Positions 40,916 to 50,621 of a DNA stretch of 58,021 nt are shown here, piece after piece. Location: assembly GCA_964509565.1 (NCBI GenBank), contig CAZDXE010000004.1, forward strand, positions 1 through 58,021. Direction: 5' to 3'. The position numbers and the translations under genes were made by a program. The stretch's first letter is position 1. Each line of letters starts with the position of its first letter. The DNA comes from an uncultured Dehalococcoidales bacterium (GTDB lineage Bacteria; Chloroflexota; Dehalococcoidia; GIF9; AB-539-J10). Below the pieces are notes generated by a model that saw only the letters and a program-made list of their open reading frames with translations, was not told the origin of the DNA and searched no databases.

Positions 40916-42138
40916 CTAATCTTAAATTTGACACCCTGCTAAAACGAGGCGTGAAAGAAATCATTGTCGAGCAGGAACTAATAAAGCTATTGGAGTCAGG
41001 GAAATGTCTCAGATTGAAACAGGGGTTTGACCCCAGTAGCCCGGATATCCACTTAGGGCATGTAGTCGGGTTGAGGAAATTGCGTCAATTTCAAGACATG
41101 GGGCATAAAGTTACCCTTATAGTCGGCGATTGGACAGCACGAATTGGAGACCCAAGCGGGCAGTCGGTTACTCGTCCAATGCTTTCTCCTCAAGAAGTGG
41201 AGGATAATGCTCAAACTTACATGGAGCAATTCTTTAAGGTGGTAGATAAAAGTAGGACAGATATAAGATGGCAGAGTGAATGGTATGGTAAATTCACTCT
41301 GGACGAAGTCATCAAACTTACCAGCAAATTTACTGTAGCGCAGCTTCTGGCTAGAGAAGATTTCAGTAAGAGATATAGCTCAGGCAATCCCATTTCCCTG
41401 ACTGAATTGCTCTACCCCCTGCTTCAGGGCTATGATTCAGTAGTTGTCGAAGCCGACGTTGAGTTTGGCGGCATTGATCAGAAATTTAATTGCCTTCTAG
41501 GGAGGGAATTACAGCAATTCATGGGGCAGCCTTCCCAGCAAGTTTTTCTTGTCCCTCTTCTCATTGGCACTGATGGTAGCCAAAAGATGAGTAAGAGCTT
41601 AAATAATCATATAGGTATCTACGAGGTTCCTCAAGAGATGTACGGCAAAGTGATGTCTATTCCTGATTATCTTATCATTGATTATTTCGAGTTAGTAACT
41701 GATGTTCAGGATGAGGAAATTGCTGCATTTAAGGAACAGATGAATACTCTCTCAGTTAACCCTATGAGCCTCAAAAAGAGGTTGGCTTATGAGATTACCT
41801 CTCAATTTCATGATAAGCAGGCAGCGATTGAAACAGAAGAGCGGTTTACTAAAGTTTTTCAGAAAAAAAAGATGCCGAATGATATTCCTGAATATACTTT
41901 CATAGCCAAACATGCCCAGGGTGAATTGTACGAGGTTGATATTGCTCCGACTTTGCTTCAGAAGAAGCTGGTTAAAAGTAATAGTGAATTGAAGCGCTTA
42001 CTGGCCCAAGGGGCAATTGAGCTAAATGGCAAGAAAGTGAGCAGGAATATAATGAACGCTCCGAGTAATAGTATTCTCAGGATAGGGAAGCGTTGTTTTA
42101 TCAGGATGGCCATTAATCGAACTTTTGCAGGGGGGTAA
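40912..42138 (+). CDS. tyrS: Tyrosine-tRNA ligase
   Basis: GFDPSSPDIHLGH, YPLLQGYD, GGIDQ, KMSKS and an S4-like tail. Confidence 0.97.
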   Translation: MTNLKFDTLLKRGVKEIIVEQELIKLLESGKCLRLKQGFDPSSPDIHLGHVVGLRKLRQFQDMGHKVTLIVGDWTARIGDPSGQSVTRPMLSPQEVEDNAQTYMEQFFKVVDKSRTDIRWQSEWYGKFTLDEVIKLTSKFTVAQLLAREDFSKRYSSGNPISLTELLYPLLQGYDSVVVEADVEFGGIDQKFNCLLGRELQQFMGQPSQQVFLVPLLIGTDGSQKMSKSLNNHIGIYEVPQEMYGKVMSIPDYLIIDYFELVTDVQDEEIAAFKEQMNTLSVNPMSLKKRLAYEITSQFHDKQAAIETEERFTKVFQKKKMPNDIPEYTFIAKHAQGELYEVDIAPTLLQKKLVKSNSELKRLLAQGAIELNGKKVSRNIMNAPSNSILRIGKRCFIRMAINRTFAGG

Positions 42139-42140
42139 AA

Positions 42141-43268
42141 ATGCAATTACGAGTACCAGGACCAACACCTTGTCCACCACAGGCTCTTCAGGCTATGGGA
42201 AAACAGATGGTGAACCATCGAGGCAGGGAATTTGCCGAGATTCTTAACTCGGTAACAACGAACTTGAAACAGGTATTTCAAACCAGAGGAGACGTTTTTA
42301 TTCTTACGTCTTCGGGTACCGGTGGTTTGGAAGCGGCTGTTGTCAATACTCTATCGCCAAATGACAAGGTTTTAGCAGTATCTTGTGGCGCTTTCGGCGA
42401 GCGCTTTGGCGATATCGCTGAACAATATGGTGCTAAAGTGAAGCACCTTAACTTTGAGTGGGGAAAAGCAGTTGACCCTGAAGCAGTGAATAAGGCATTA
42501 AGGGCAAATAGTGATATTAAGGCAGTGCTGGTAACCCATAATGAGACATCTACAGGAATAACTAACAGCCTCAGCGGAATAAGTTCTGTAGTTAAGGGGT
42601 TTGGCAAGCTTCTTATAGTAGATGCTATAAGCAGCCTTGGTTGCATTGACCTGCCCATAGATAAGTGGCATTGCGATGTAGTTGTTACTGGTTCCCAAAA
42701 AGGATGGATGGTTCCTCCAGGGGTAGCGATGATTAGCATGAGTGAAGAAGCCTGGCAAGCTCATGCCCAGGCGAAGATGCCACGATATTACTGGGATTTC
42801 ACTAAAGCCAGGGAATATCTACTAAAAGGGCAAACCCCTTGGACGCCAGCCATCTCTATCTGCTATGCTCTAAATTCTACTTTAGATCTCATACTAAGCG
42901 AGGGGCTGGCTAATGTGTTTGCCAGGCATGCTAGAGTAGCTCAGATGACCAGAGAAGGAATAAAATCACTGGGGCTAGCTCTCTTTTCTGAAGCTAGCCA
43001 TGCTTCCAATACTGTGACAGCAGTCTCCGCCCTTGGTAGAAAGGGAGAAGGGGGTTCTCCCAAAGGTTATTTTGCAGCAGAGCCGCAAATCGATGTGGCC
43101 AAACTAATCCAAGTTCTTAGAGATGAATATGATGTGGTTATTGCCCCAGGGCAAAGAAAGTTATCGGGTAAAATCTTTCGCATTGGCCACCTTGGGTTAG
43201 TTAAAGAGAGCGATATTAAAATATTGTTAGAGGCTTTAGCCGGAGCTTTGCCAAAAGCAAGATTATGA
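42141..43268 (+). CDS. Class V PLP aminotransferase (serine-glyoxylate/phosphoserine aminotransferase-like)
   Basis: PGPTP, HNETSTG, VDAISSLG, GSQKGWMVPPG and FRIGHLG; directly upstream of serA. Confidence 0.9.
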   Translation: MQLRVPGPTPCPPQALQAMGKQMVNHRGREFAEILNSVTTNLKQVFQTRGDVFILTSSGTGGLEAAVVNTLSPNDKVLAVSCGAFGERFGDIAEQYGAKVKHLNFEWGKAVDPEAVNKALRANSDIKAVLVTHNETSTGITNSLSGISSVVKGFGKLLIVDAISSLGCIDLPIDKWHCDVVVTGSQKGWMVPPGVAMISMSEEAWQAHAQAKMPRYYWDFTKAREYLLKGQTPWTPAISICYALNSTLDLILSEGLANVFARHARVAQMTREGIKSLGLALFSEASHASNTVTAVSALGRKGEGGSPKGYFAAEPQIDVAKLIQVLRDEYDVVIAPGQRKLSGKIFRIGHLGLVKESDIKILLEALAGALPKARL

Positions 43269-44845
43269 TTAAGAAGCACGAGATGCGTATTTTAGTTGCC
43301 GACCCAATTGCTGAGGAAGGGCTAGAAGTCCTTCGTAAGTATGCACAAGTGGATGTCAAACTCAAGTTGGCTGCTGAAGAGTTTCAAGCCATAATTGGCA
43401 AGTATGATGCACTGGTTGTGCGCAGCGGGACTCAAGTGTCTGCTAAGGCCATTGAATCTGCAAAGAGGCTCAAGGTGATTGGTAGGGCAGGGGTCGGCAT
43501 AGATAATATTGATGTTGATGCTGCTACTAAAAGAGGCATAATAGTAGTTAACACTCCTACAAGTAACACTATTTCTACTGCTGAACATACCATTGCGTTG
43601 ATGCTTGCCTTAGCTCGTAGTATACCTAAAGCAAATAGCTTGCTTAAATCAGGTGTCTGGCAAAGGGGAAAATTAATAGGGACGGAACTTAGGGACAAAA
43701 CATTGGGCATTATCGGATTGGGTAACGTAGGCTCAGAAGTGGCCAAGCGCGCTCAAGCATTTGAAATGAATGTTATTGCTTATGATCCATTTGTGTCCGT
43801 AAGTTATGCTAATGCTCTCAAAGTGAATCTTGTTCCCTTGGAACATCTGTTTGAAAAAGCCGATTTTATTAGCCTTCATGTGCCATTGACAGAGCAGACC
43901 GAGGGCTTAATTGGTGCTAAGGAATTAGCGAAAATGAAACCAACAGCTCGAATTATCAACGCAGCTCGAGGTGGATTAGTCGATGAAGAAGCGCTTGTCA
44001 AAGCAATTGAATGTGGAGAAATAGCCGGTGCGGCTTTCGATGTCTTTAGTGCTGAACCGCTAACTGCCAGCCCCTTATTTGAGGATGACAGGATAATTGT
44101 TACCCCTCACCTTGGTGCTTCTACTTTCGAAGCTCAGACTAACATTGCCAAAGATATCGCTGAGCAAGTTGTAGCAGTACTTCAAGGACAATTCTGTAAG
44201 TATGCTATTAATACTCCGTATGTTCCTCCCGAACTGGTGCCATTCATAAAGCTGGCTTCGGCTGTTGGCAACCTTGCCAGCCAACTAATGGATGGCCAAA
44301 TAAGCAAGATATATATTAAGTATTGTGGTGAAGTCGCTAATCATGATTGTAACTCAGTAAAGTCAGCGATTTTTAGTGGCTTGTTACAACAAGCGCGTAA
44401 TGAGAGTATTAACCTGGTCAATGCCAGTTTTATTGCTGCTCAGCATGGCCTAAAAATCAGCGAGGAAAAAGAGCCAAGTTGCCAAGATTACTCTAACTTG
44501 CTTACTCTAAAAGTTGACACTGAAGCAGGAGCTACTATTATATCAGGTACAGTTAGAGATAATGAGATTCATATTGTTCAGGTTAACGACTTTTGGATGG
44601 ATATTGTACCCAGTGGTGGCTATTGCCTTTTATGTGATCATCTGGATCGGCCTGGGGTGGTGGGTGTCATAGGTACCATAACTGGTAGGTCCAATATTAA
44701 CATCAGTTCTATGTACATGAGCCGGCTCCAGCCTCGGGGGCGTGCGCTCATGATTTTAACTTTGGATGAACAATTAAGTGAGCAACAAAGACAGGAAATA
44801 TTAGCCATTCCTGGTATTCATACAGCCAGGGCAGTAAGATTTTAA
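43265..44845 (+). CDS. serA: D-3-phosphoglycerate dehydrogenase (long form, ACT)
   Basis: GRAGVGIDNID, GLGNVG, INAARGG, TPHLGAST and ACT DRPGVVG. Start may be 43283. Confidence 0.95.
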   Translation: MIKKHEMRILVADPIAEEGLEVLRKYAQVDVKLKLAAEEFQAIIGKYDALVVRSGTQVSAKAIESAKRLKVIGRAGVGIDNIDVDAATKRGIIVVNTPTSNTISTAEHTIALMLALARSIPKANSLLKSGVWQRGKLIGTELRDKTLGIIGLGNVGSEVAKRAQAFEMNVIAYDPFVSVSYANALKVNLVPLEHLFEKADFISLHVPLTEQTEGLIGAKELAKMKPTARIINAARGGLVDEEALVKAIECGEIAGAAFDVFSAEPLTASPLFEDDRIIVTPHLGASTFEAQTNIAKDIAEQVVAVLQGQFCKYAINTPYVPPELVPFIKLASAVGNLASQLMDGQISKIYIKYCGEVANHDCNSVKSAIFSGLLQQARNESINLVNASFIAAQHGLKISEEKEPSCQDYSNLLTLKVDTEAGATIISGTVRDNEIHIVQVNDFWMDIVPSGGYCLLCDHLDRPGVVGVIGTITGRSNINISSMYMSRLQPRGRALMILTLDEQLSEQQRQEILAIPGIHTARAVRF

Positions 44846-46155
44846 TCAATTGAGAGAGAATTCATAATCAAGCCGGTTGGGAGCTTAGGGTGAAAATAAG
44901 TCGATTTGCGGGGCATTCTATCGTTGGCATCAGTAATAGTTTTGATTATTTCTGGTGATGGTGAATTTGATAGGAAAGCTAGTTGATATTTTCCCTCTTT
45001 TATCTGCTGACAAATCTGTTCTATATCAACGGTGTAAGTAACGTTTTCACTGTCTTGTGTGATGCCTAACATTCTATCCAGAATAAGGTGATTGAGAAGG
45101 CTGATGCTAAGATTTTTGTAAGGCAGAGAGTGATTCCTCGGCATTATATCCTCAAAAGAAATGTCAGGACGTTGCTTTAGCAGTACCAGAGATTGTGGTA
45201 CCAGCCCTAAGATTTCTAAAAGCGCTCCGCCGTCCATTTTGTATTCCAAACTTCTAATCAAATTCTCAGTTAAGGGGACATATTTTAGAGCAAAAATTCG
45301 TTTAAGCTGACTTTCAAATTGAGCTAAAGCGGAGGGCGCTATGCCTCTAACTAGTCTGTGAACAGGCAAGATAACCAAGCCTGGGTCAGAGAAATCAACT
45401 AGGGTCATCATTACATAATTGAAGGCTTCCTTGCCTGTTATAGGCCAGGGTGTCTTGCTTGTACTAATATGTGTTCTTTCTTGTTGGTAGGCTAGTGCTG
45501 TTTCATATCTATGATGTCCATCAGCCATATAAAGAGGTTGGTTGGCTAGAAGCTCACTGAGACGACGTATGAATGCAGGGTCAGTTATTGCCCAAACAAC
45601 GTGCTTCTCTTCGGGATAGGCGAATTCTATTACAGGTTCAGCCCGTGAGGCTTCAGTCAATATTTGAGCAACCTTATCTCCCGAGTCCTGGTATAGAGCA
45701 AAAAGTGGGCTGAAATTAGCTTGGCAAGCGCGCATTAGCTGTAAGCGGTCGTCCTTGGCTTTGGGGAATGTCTCCTCGTGGGGGTATATTTTATTGCCCC
45801 ACGGCTCTAATTTAATATGAACTATCAATCCACGTCTTCTTCTCCTTTTCCCCAAATAGGTAAAATATTGGTCATGGAGGTAAAAAGCCGGGTAATCTTC
45901 AAATTGAAGGACTTTCTCTTTAAGCCATCGCTGTAATGTGATAGCTGCTCTGTTGTATTTGTTATGAGCAGACTGCTTCGTTGTCACAACAGGCAGGGGG
46001 TATTCCAGGCGGATGGCATTGTAACTACTCCTTTCGTAGTAATACTTTTGTTGTCCAGGAGTAATGACATCATACGGGGGGCAGATAGATTGAGCCAAGT
46101 CCTTGACTATTTCTTGGTTATAACGTATCCCTCTGAATGGGCAAATTTCAGCCAT
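44842..46155 (-). CDS. DUF1015 family protein
   Basis: PFRGIRY, PPYDVI, PHEET, ADGHHRYE and MPRKSTYFHPK. Confidence 0.9.
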   Translation of the reverse strand: MAEICPFRGIRYNQEIVKDLAQSICPPYDVITPGQQKYYYERSSYNAIRLEYPLPVVTTKQSAHNKYNRAAITLQRWLKEKVLQFEDYPAFYLHDQYFTYLGKRRRRRGLIVHIKLEPWGNKIYPHEETFPKAKDDRLQLMRACQANFSPLFALYQDSGDKVAQILTEASRAEPVIEFAYPEEKHVVWAITDPAFIRRLSELLANQPLYMADGHHRYETALAYQQERTHISTSKTPWPITGKEAFNYVMMTLVDFSDPGLVILPVHRLVRGIAPSALAQFESQLKRIFALKYVPLTENLIRSLEYKMDGGALLEILGLVPQSLVLLKQRPDISFEDIMPRNHSLPYKNLSISLLNHLILDRMLGITQDSENVTYTVDIEQICQQIKEGKYQLAFLSNSPSPEIIKTITDANDRMPRKSTYFHPKLPTGLIMNSLSID

Positions 46156-46206
46156 TTACTTGAAATCGCTTTATATCTTTAACAAACGATCTGCCTTTTT
46201 TGCGCT

Positions 46207-46246
46207 AAAAAACAAAATAATAGCGGCAAAGTGGTACCGCTATTAT
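46207..46246 (-). terminator. Intrinsic terminator after rpsU-yqeY
   Basis: Perfect 10-bp stem ATAATAGCGG (46217-26) / CCGCTATTAT (46237-46), with TTTGTTTTTT downstream on the minus strand. Confidence 0.7.
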
Positions 46247-46271
46247 CAAATAATTCCAACTCTCCCGCAAC

Positions 46272-46721
46272 TTAGACAGTAGCTAGCAACTCCGAAACTA
46301 TCTCGCTAACTTCCCTCCCATCAGCTTTTCCCTTTAACTGAGGCATGAGTTGAGCCATAACACTCCCTTTACCCTTCATTCCTTCAACTTCTGCTGTCTC
46401 TATTACTCGTTGTGCTGCAGTCTTAATTTCCTCACGGCTCATTTGCTCGGGAAGGTATTTCATCAGAGTGGATAACTCTGCCTTCTCCTGGGCTACAAGG
46501 TCATCGCGATTTCCCTGCTTGAACGCTTCAATGCTTTCCCGATGTTGCTTTACTTCCTTGCTAATAACATCAAGAATTTTGTCGTCATCAAGGGGTTCCC
46601 GCTGGGCGATTTCGGCGTTTTTTATTTCAGATAAGAGCATGCGTAATATAGAGGCTTTTCCTTTATCCCGCAGCTTGAGTGCTTCTTTGAGGTCTTCTCT
46701 TATCTTGCCCTCGCAAGTCAC
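46272..46721 (-). CDS. yqeY: GatB/YqeY domain protein
   Basis: DLKEALK.RDK, ESIEAF..GNR.DL, YLPEQMS and GKADG; follows rpsU. Confidence 0.92.
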   Translation of the reverse strand: MTCEGKIREDLKEALKLRDKGKASILRMLLSEIKNAEIAQREPLDDDKILDVISKEVKQHRESIEAFKQGNRDDLVAQEKAELSTLMKYLPEQMSREEIKTAAQRVIETAEVEGMKGKGSVMAQLMPQLKGKADGREVSEIVSELLATV

Positions 46722-46903
46722 TTTAACCCCCTGGAGCTTTTTCGTTTCTTCGCTGCCTCTTTTTTCTTGCGTTGCTCACTGGGTTTCACATAGAACCTGC
46801 GTTGGCGGATTTCAGCTAAAATACGAGCTTCCTGAACACGCCTATTGAATCTGCGCAGCAAGCTCTCAAAACTCTCACTCGGACCAAGTTTTACATTAGC
46901 CAT
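46718..46903 (-). CDS. rpsU: 30S ribosomal protein S21
   Basis: ESFESLLRRF and FYVKPSEQRKKK. Confidence 0.95.
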   Translation of the reverse strand: MANVKLGPSESFESLLRRFNRRVQEARILAEIRQRRFYVKPSEQRKKKEAAKKRKSSRGLK

Positions 46904-46940
46904 TAATATATTATCTTTATGCCTTTATACAAGGCACTAT

Positions 46941-46970
46941 ATTCTATCTATCGTATTCCCCTTATGTCAA
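46941..46970 (-). promoter_or_regulatory. sigma70-type promoter for rpsU
   Basis: TTGACA-18 nt-TAGAAT. Confidence 0.55.
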
Positions 46971-47148
46971 ATCGGCGGCGTAATCAATTTGATAAAGAGT
47001 CGTGCACTAGTTCAGACAGATTAGTGATACTGGTACAGAGAATAGATTACTAATACTCCCTGTGATTGCTGATAAAACAATAACTTTTCTCTTTTATCTC
47101 TCATCCTCAGTATTTATTTGATATCTTCCATACGCAAAATTTGTATCG

Positions 47149-48120
47149 TCATTCCTTATCAAAATATAATCGCTTCAATCTTTGTAGGAGTTGCTTATCT
47201 CTCTGTTTAATCATAGCCTCAATTTTTTCCTTAGGCCATTTATAAAAACCCTCGCCTGTTTTGACGCCTAATTTACCTCCTGCAACCAACTTTTTACAAA
47301 ACTGAGGAACTTCTGTTGAGCTTTCAATCTGCGGAAATAGTTCCTGTGCACAGGTTAAATCTATATCTAGGCCAGTCAAATCCGAGGTTTCGAAAATACC
47401 TATCGTGGGCAAGCGGAAGCCAAAACTAGACTTTGCCACAGTGTCGATATCTTCAATACTGGCCATGCCCTTTTCAAAGATAGAAAGTGCCTCACGCAGC
47501 AAAGCTATCTGCATCCGGTTGGACACAAAGCCGGCCATCTCTTTCATAATCCTCACTGGTTTCTTCCCCACCTTGTCAAGAAGAGCGTAGGTCCGTTCCA
47601 TAGTTTCAGGAGAGGTTTTTGGGCCTTTTACCACTTCTACCAATGGCACAATATATGGGGGGTTAAACCAATGAGCAATTATTTGGTTGCTCTGTCGTTT
47701 ACATAACACACCAATATCACTTATCAGAAATGTAGAAGTATTGCTCGCTAATATGGTATCTTGGCGACAAATTTCTTCTACATCATAAAAAATCTTTTGC
47801 TTTACCTTGAGTATTTCTGGTCCAGCTTCCAGAATAAAGTTAGCATCTTTGATTGCGCTAGCCAAATCTGTAGTAACCTTAATCCGTGATAATGCTTGCC
47901 GCTTTGTTTCTTTTGTGGCCAAGCCGTTTTCTATAAAGCTGTCGAGGTGAGAATCAATAAGGGTCACAGCTTTTTCCAAGAGAGCACGATCTATATCATA
48001 TAGCTTGACATTGTATTCACCAAGAGCGAATGCCAGGGCAATGCCATGCCCCATAGTTCCTGAACCAAGCACTGCTATATTTTGAACCTCTCCCAACCAG
48101 CTTTCAGCACTTTCAATCAT
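47149..48120 (-). CDS. 3-hydroxyacyl-CoA dehydrogenase family protein
   Basis: GSGTMGHG, EA.PE, ASNTS, HWFNPP, GFVSNR and GKLGVKTGEGFY; AAGGAGG RBS. Confidence 0.9.
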   Translation of the reverse strand: MIESAESWLGEVQNIAVLGSGTMGHGIALAFALGEYNVKLYDIDRALLEKAVTLIDSHLDSFIENGLATKETKRQALSRIKVTTDLASAIKDANFILEAGPEILKVKQKIFYDVEEICRQDTILASNTSTFLISDIGVLCKRQSNQIIAHWFNPPYIVPLVEVVKGPKTSPETMERTYALLDKVGKKPVRIMKEMAGFVSNRMQIALLREALSIFEKGMASIEDIDTVAKSSFGFRLPTIGIFETSDLTGLDIDLTCAQELFPQIESSTEVPQFCKKLVAGGKLGVKTGEGFYKWPKEKIEAMIKQRDKQLLQRLKRLYFDKE

Positions 48121-48293
48121 TTACACTACCTCCTTTTTTATATACTTTTTGTCAATCTTTCCACATGCAGAAAGCATTTCTGGACTCATCCCTTCCACAT
48201 ATTGCTCCTGGAGCACTGCCTTTCACGGGCATATAACCAGGCAAGAGTCAAGGTGACTGAGGCGGAAGAATTTGAACTTCTGGCCGTGCTCTT

Positions 48294-49364
48294 TTATGAG
48301 ATGCACTTATTCTGGATAAGGAGTTCAGCTACAAGAACTGCGCCCTTGGCGGCTCCCATCTTGGTATTATGGGATACCAGGAGGTACTTGATGCCGTTTT
48401 CCAGGACGGTATCTTTTCTGATTCTTCCTACCACGGTGGCCATGCCATCATCGGCGTCGCGGTCAAGTCGTGGCTGGGGCCTGAAGGGGTCATCGAGCAC
48501 AATTATTGGGTGTTCTGGGGCTGAGGGCAGACTAGTCTCGCCTGTGTATTCTCTCATGACTTGTGCAATATCTTCTGCCTCACAAGCTTTTTGCGTGGAG
48601 ACGAAAACTGATTCTGTATGTCCCTCTCGTACGTTGATGCGAGTGCAGGTACTGCTTACATTGAATCGTGCTGGCTTAACTGAAGTGCCGTCGAAATCCC
48701 CCAGGATTTTCTGTGTTTCGCGCTGTGTCTTTTCCTCCTCTCCCGGAATAAAAGGGATGACATTATCCAGAATGTCGATACCCAGCACTCCGGGGCTTCG
48801 GCCTGCGCCTGACATAGCTTGCATCGAAGTCATTATGACAGCGTTTATGCCAAATGTTTTATAGATTGGTTTTAGTGTTATTGCCAGGCCACATGTGGTG
48901 CAGTTAGGAATGGGTGTAATAAATCCTTTCCATCCCCGTGATTTTCTTTGAATAGCAATCAATTTGGCATGCTCGGAATTAATGCCTGGAATTAGAATGG
49001 GGACATCGTCATCATAACGGAAGGCTGATGCAGTGCTTATAACGGGCTTGGTAATGGCAAACTTCGGTTCGAGTATCTTTGCCTGGTCGGATTCTATGGC
49101 GGAAAAAACGATGTCTATGTTGGAGGTGTTCATCTTGATAGCGTTCTGGACTTCCATTCCCATGACTTCCTCCACAGGGGGCTCCTCGCAGAACCAGCGT
49201 AAAGCTCCTGATTGAGCTGAGGTTATCGCCTCTTTGTAACTGCGGCCTGCCGACCTCTCAGAGGCAGCAAGCGCTGCGATTTTAATCCAGGGATGCTTTT
49301 CCAGGGCAACGATAAATTGCTGGCCTACAATGCCTGTGGCTCCCACAATAGCAGCTTTTAGCAT
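48294..49364 (-). CDS. asd: Aspartate-semialdehyde dehydrogenase (archaeal/fungal-type)
   Basis: GATGIVG, ASERSAG, PNCTT, QAMSGAG, GEEEK, CTR...GH and RPQPRLDRD. Confidence 0.9.
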   Translation of the reverse strand: MLKAAIVGATGIVGQQFIVALEKHPWIKIAALAASERSAGRSYKEAITSAQSGALRWFCEEPPVEEVMGMEVQNAIKMNTSNIDIVFSAIESDQAKILEPKFAITKPVISTASAFRYDDDVPILIPGINSEHAKLIAIQRKSRGWKGFITPIPNCTTCGLAITLKPIYKTFGINAVIMTSMQAMSGAGRSPGVLGIDILDNVIPFIPGEEEKTQRETQKILGDFDGTSVKPARFNVSSTCTRINVREGHTESVFVSTQKACEAEDIAQVMREYTGETSLPSAPEHPIIVLDDPFRPQPRLDRDADDGMATVVGRIRKDTVLENGIKYLLVSHNTKMGAAKGAVLVAELLIQNKCIS

Positions 49365-49443
49365 GGTTATCTCTCCTTTCTGACCTTTGATGACATCTGT
49401 TTCTGCTTAACTCATGTGCAGCAATGCCAGTGACCAAGCAGCT

Positions 49444-50556
49444 CTATAATATTACCATATTATTTCTATGTATTATCTCGTCCCCATATCCATGACCCAG
49501 GAGGCTTAAGATTCTATCAGAATGTGCCCCTTTGATAACAGCCATATCGGCAGAGCTGTAGTTGGAAATGCCACAAGCAATATGTGCGCCTTCTTCATTT
49601 ATGATGTCCACAATATCGCCTCGCTGGAAGTTGCCATCTATCTTTGCAATGCCAGCAGAGAGCAAGCTTTTACTTTGCTCCTTAAGCGCTAGAACAGCGC
49701 CTCTATCCACTACTATTTTACCTTTAGAAGCTAATCCGCTGAGCATCCATCTCTTTCTGCTTTCCATCTTATTTACTTGGGCTGGGAAAAACGTACCTAT
49801 GTTCTCGCCGTGGCTAATTTTCACCAAAGCACCACTTTCACGACCATCGGCAATGATTACATTCACTCCTGAAGAAGTAGCTAGTTTAGCTGCTTCAATC
49901 TTGGTTGCCATGCCTCCAGTCCCTTGACGGGTAACAGCGTTGCTGGCTAAGCGCTTAATTTTAGTGTCAATCTTGTCCACTCGACGGATAAGCTGAGCCT
50001 CAGGATTATGATGTGGGTCAGCAGTATATAAACCTCTTGTATCTGTGAGCAATATCAGGAGGTCAGCATCAATTAGATTGGCTACCATGGCTGAAAGATT
50101 ATCATTATCTCCAAATTTAAGCTCTTTAATCTCATCAAGGGCAACGATGTCGTTTTCGTTAATGATGCAGATTATATTAAGGTCGATGAGAGTTAGTAAT
50201 GTATTGCGAGCGTTAAGATAGCCAGCTCGGTCGCGAAGGTCTCTCTTGGTAAGCAATGCCTGAGCTATAGTTATGTCATACTGAGTGAAAAGTTCTCCAT
50301 AGGTGTGCATAAGGTGGTTTTGTCCCACTGAAGCCAGGACTTGTTTGAAAGATGTGCTCTTATGTTCCGGGATTGCTTCGAGCTTCTGTCTCCCGGCGGC
50401 GATAGCTCCAGAGGAAACTATTGTTATCTCTTTACCTTGATGGTGAAGTTGAGCTAGTTGTTGTACCAGGTTAGCCATGATCGGCAGCTCAAGGTGGTCT
50501 GTGCCTGAAGTAAGGAGGCTTGTGCCAAGTTTGGCTACTATGCGATGATAAGACAT
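49444..50556 (-). CDS. proB: Glutamate 5-kinase with PUA domain
   Basis: KLGTS, VSSGAIAAG, INEND, FGDNDNLS and GTGGMATK. Confidence 0.95.
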   Translation of the reverse strand: MSYHRIVAKLGTSLLTSGTDHLELPIMANLVQQLAQLHHQGKEITIVSSGAIAAGRQKLEAIPEHKSTSFKQVLASVGQNHLMHTYGELFTQYDITIAQALLTKRDLRDRAGYLNARNTLLTLIDLNIICIINENDIVALDEIKELKFGDNDNLSAMVANLIDADLLILLTDTRGLYTADPHHNPEAQLIRRVDKIDTKIKRLASNAVTRQGTGGMATKIEAAKLATSSGVNVIIADGRESGALVKISHGENIGTFFPAQVNKMESRKRWMLSGLASKGKIVVDRGAVLALKEQSKSLLSAGIAKIDGNFQRGDIVDIINEEGAHIACGISNYSSADMAVIKGAHSDRILSLLGHGYGDEIIHRNNMVIL

Positions 50557-50621
50557 TACCTCGAATTATAGCAATGCTATAGAAGGTCAACAAGTCAAGC
50601 AAACATTGTTATACTTTAAAG

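Noticed and set aside
46227-46241. AAAGTGGTACCGC resembling a T-box antiterminator
   Set aside because: It is on the strand opposite the flanking genes, is part of the rpsU-yqeY terminator hairpin, and has no stem I.
48082-48864. Long alternative ORFs (260 aa here; also 33394..34131 and 57182..57823)
   Set aside because: Antisense to well-supported genes and without protein motifs.
47149-49364. asd-like + 3-hydroxyacyl-CoA dehydrogenase-like pair as malonyl-CoA reductase + malonic semialdehyde reductase (3HP/4HB cycle)
   Set aside because: The protein keeps Asd-type residues (PNC, GEEEK, CTR..GH) rather than the substitutions I recall for archaeal Mcr. The genes are 173 bp apart and no other cycle genes are nearby.
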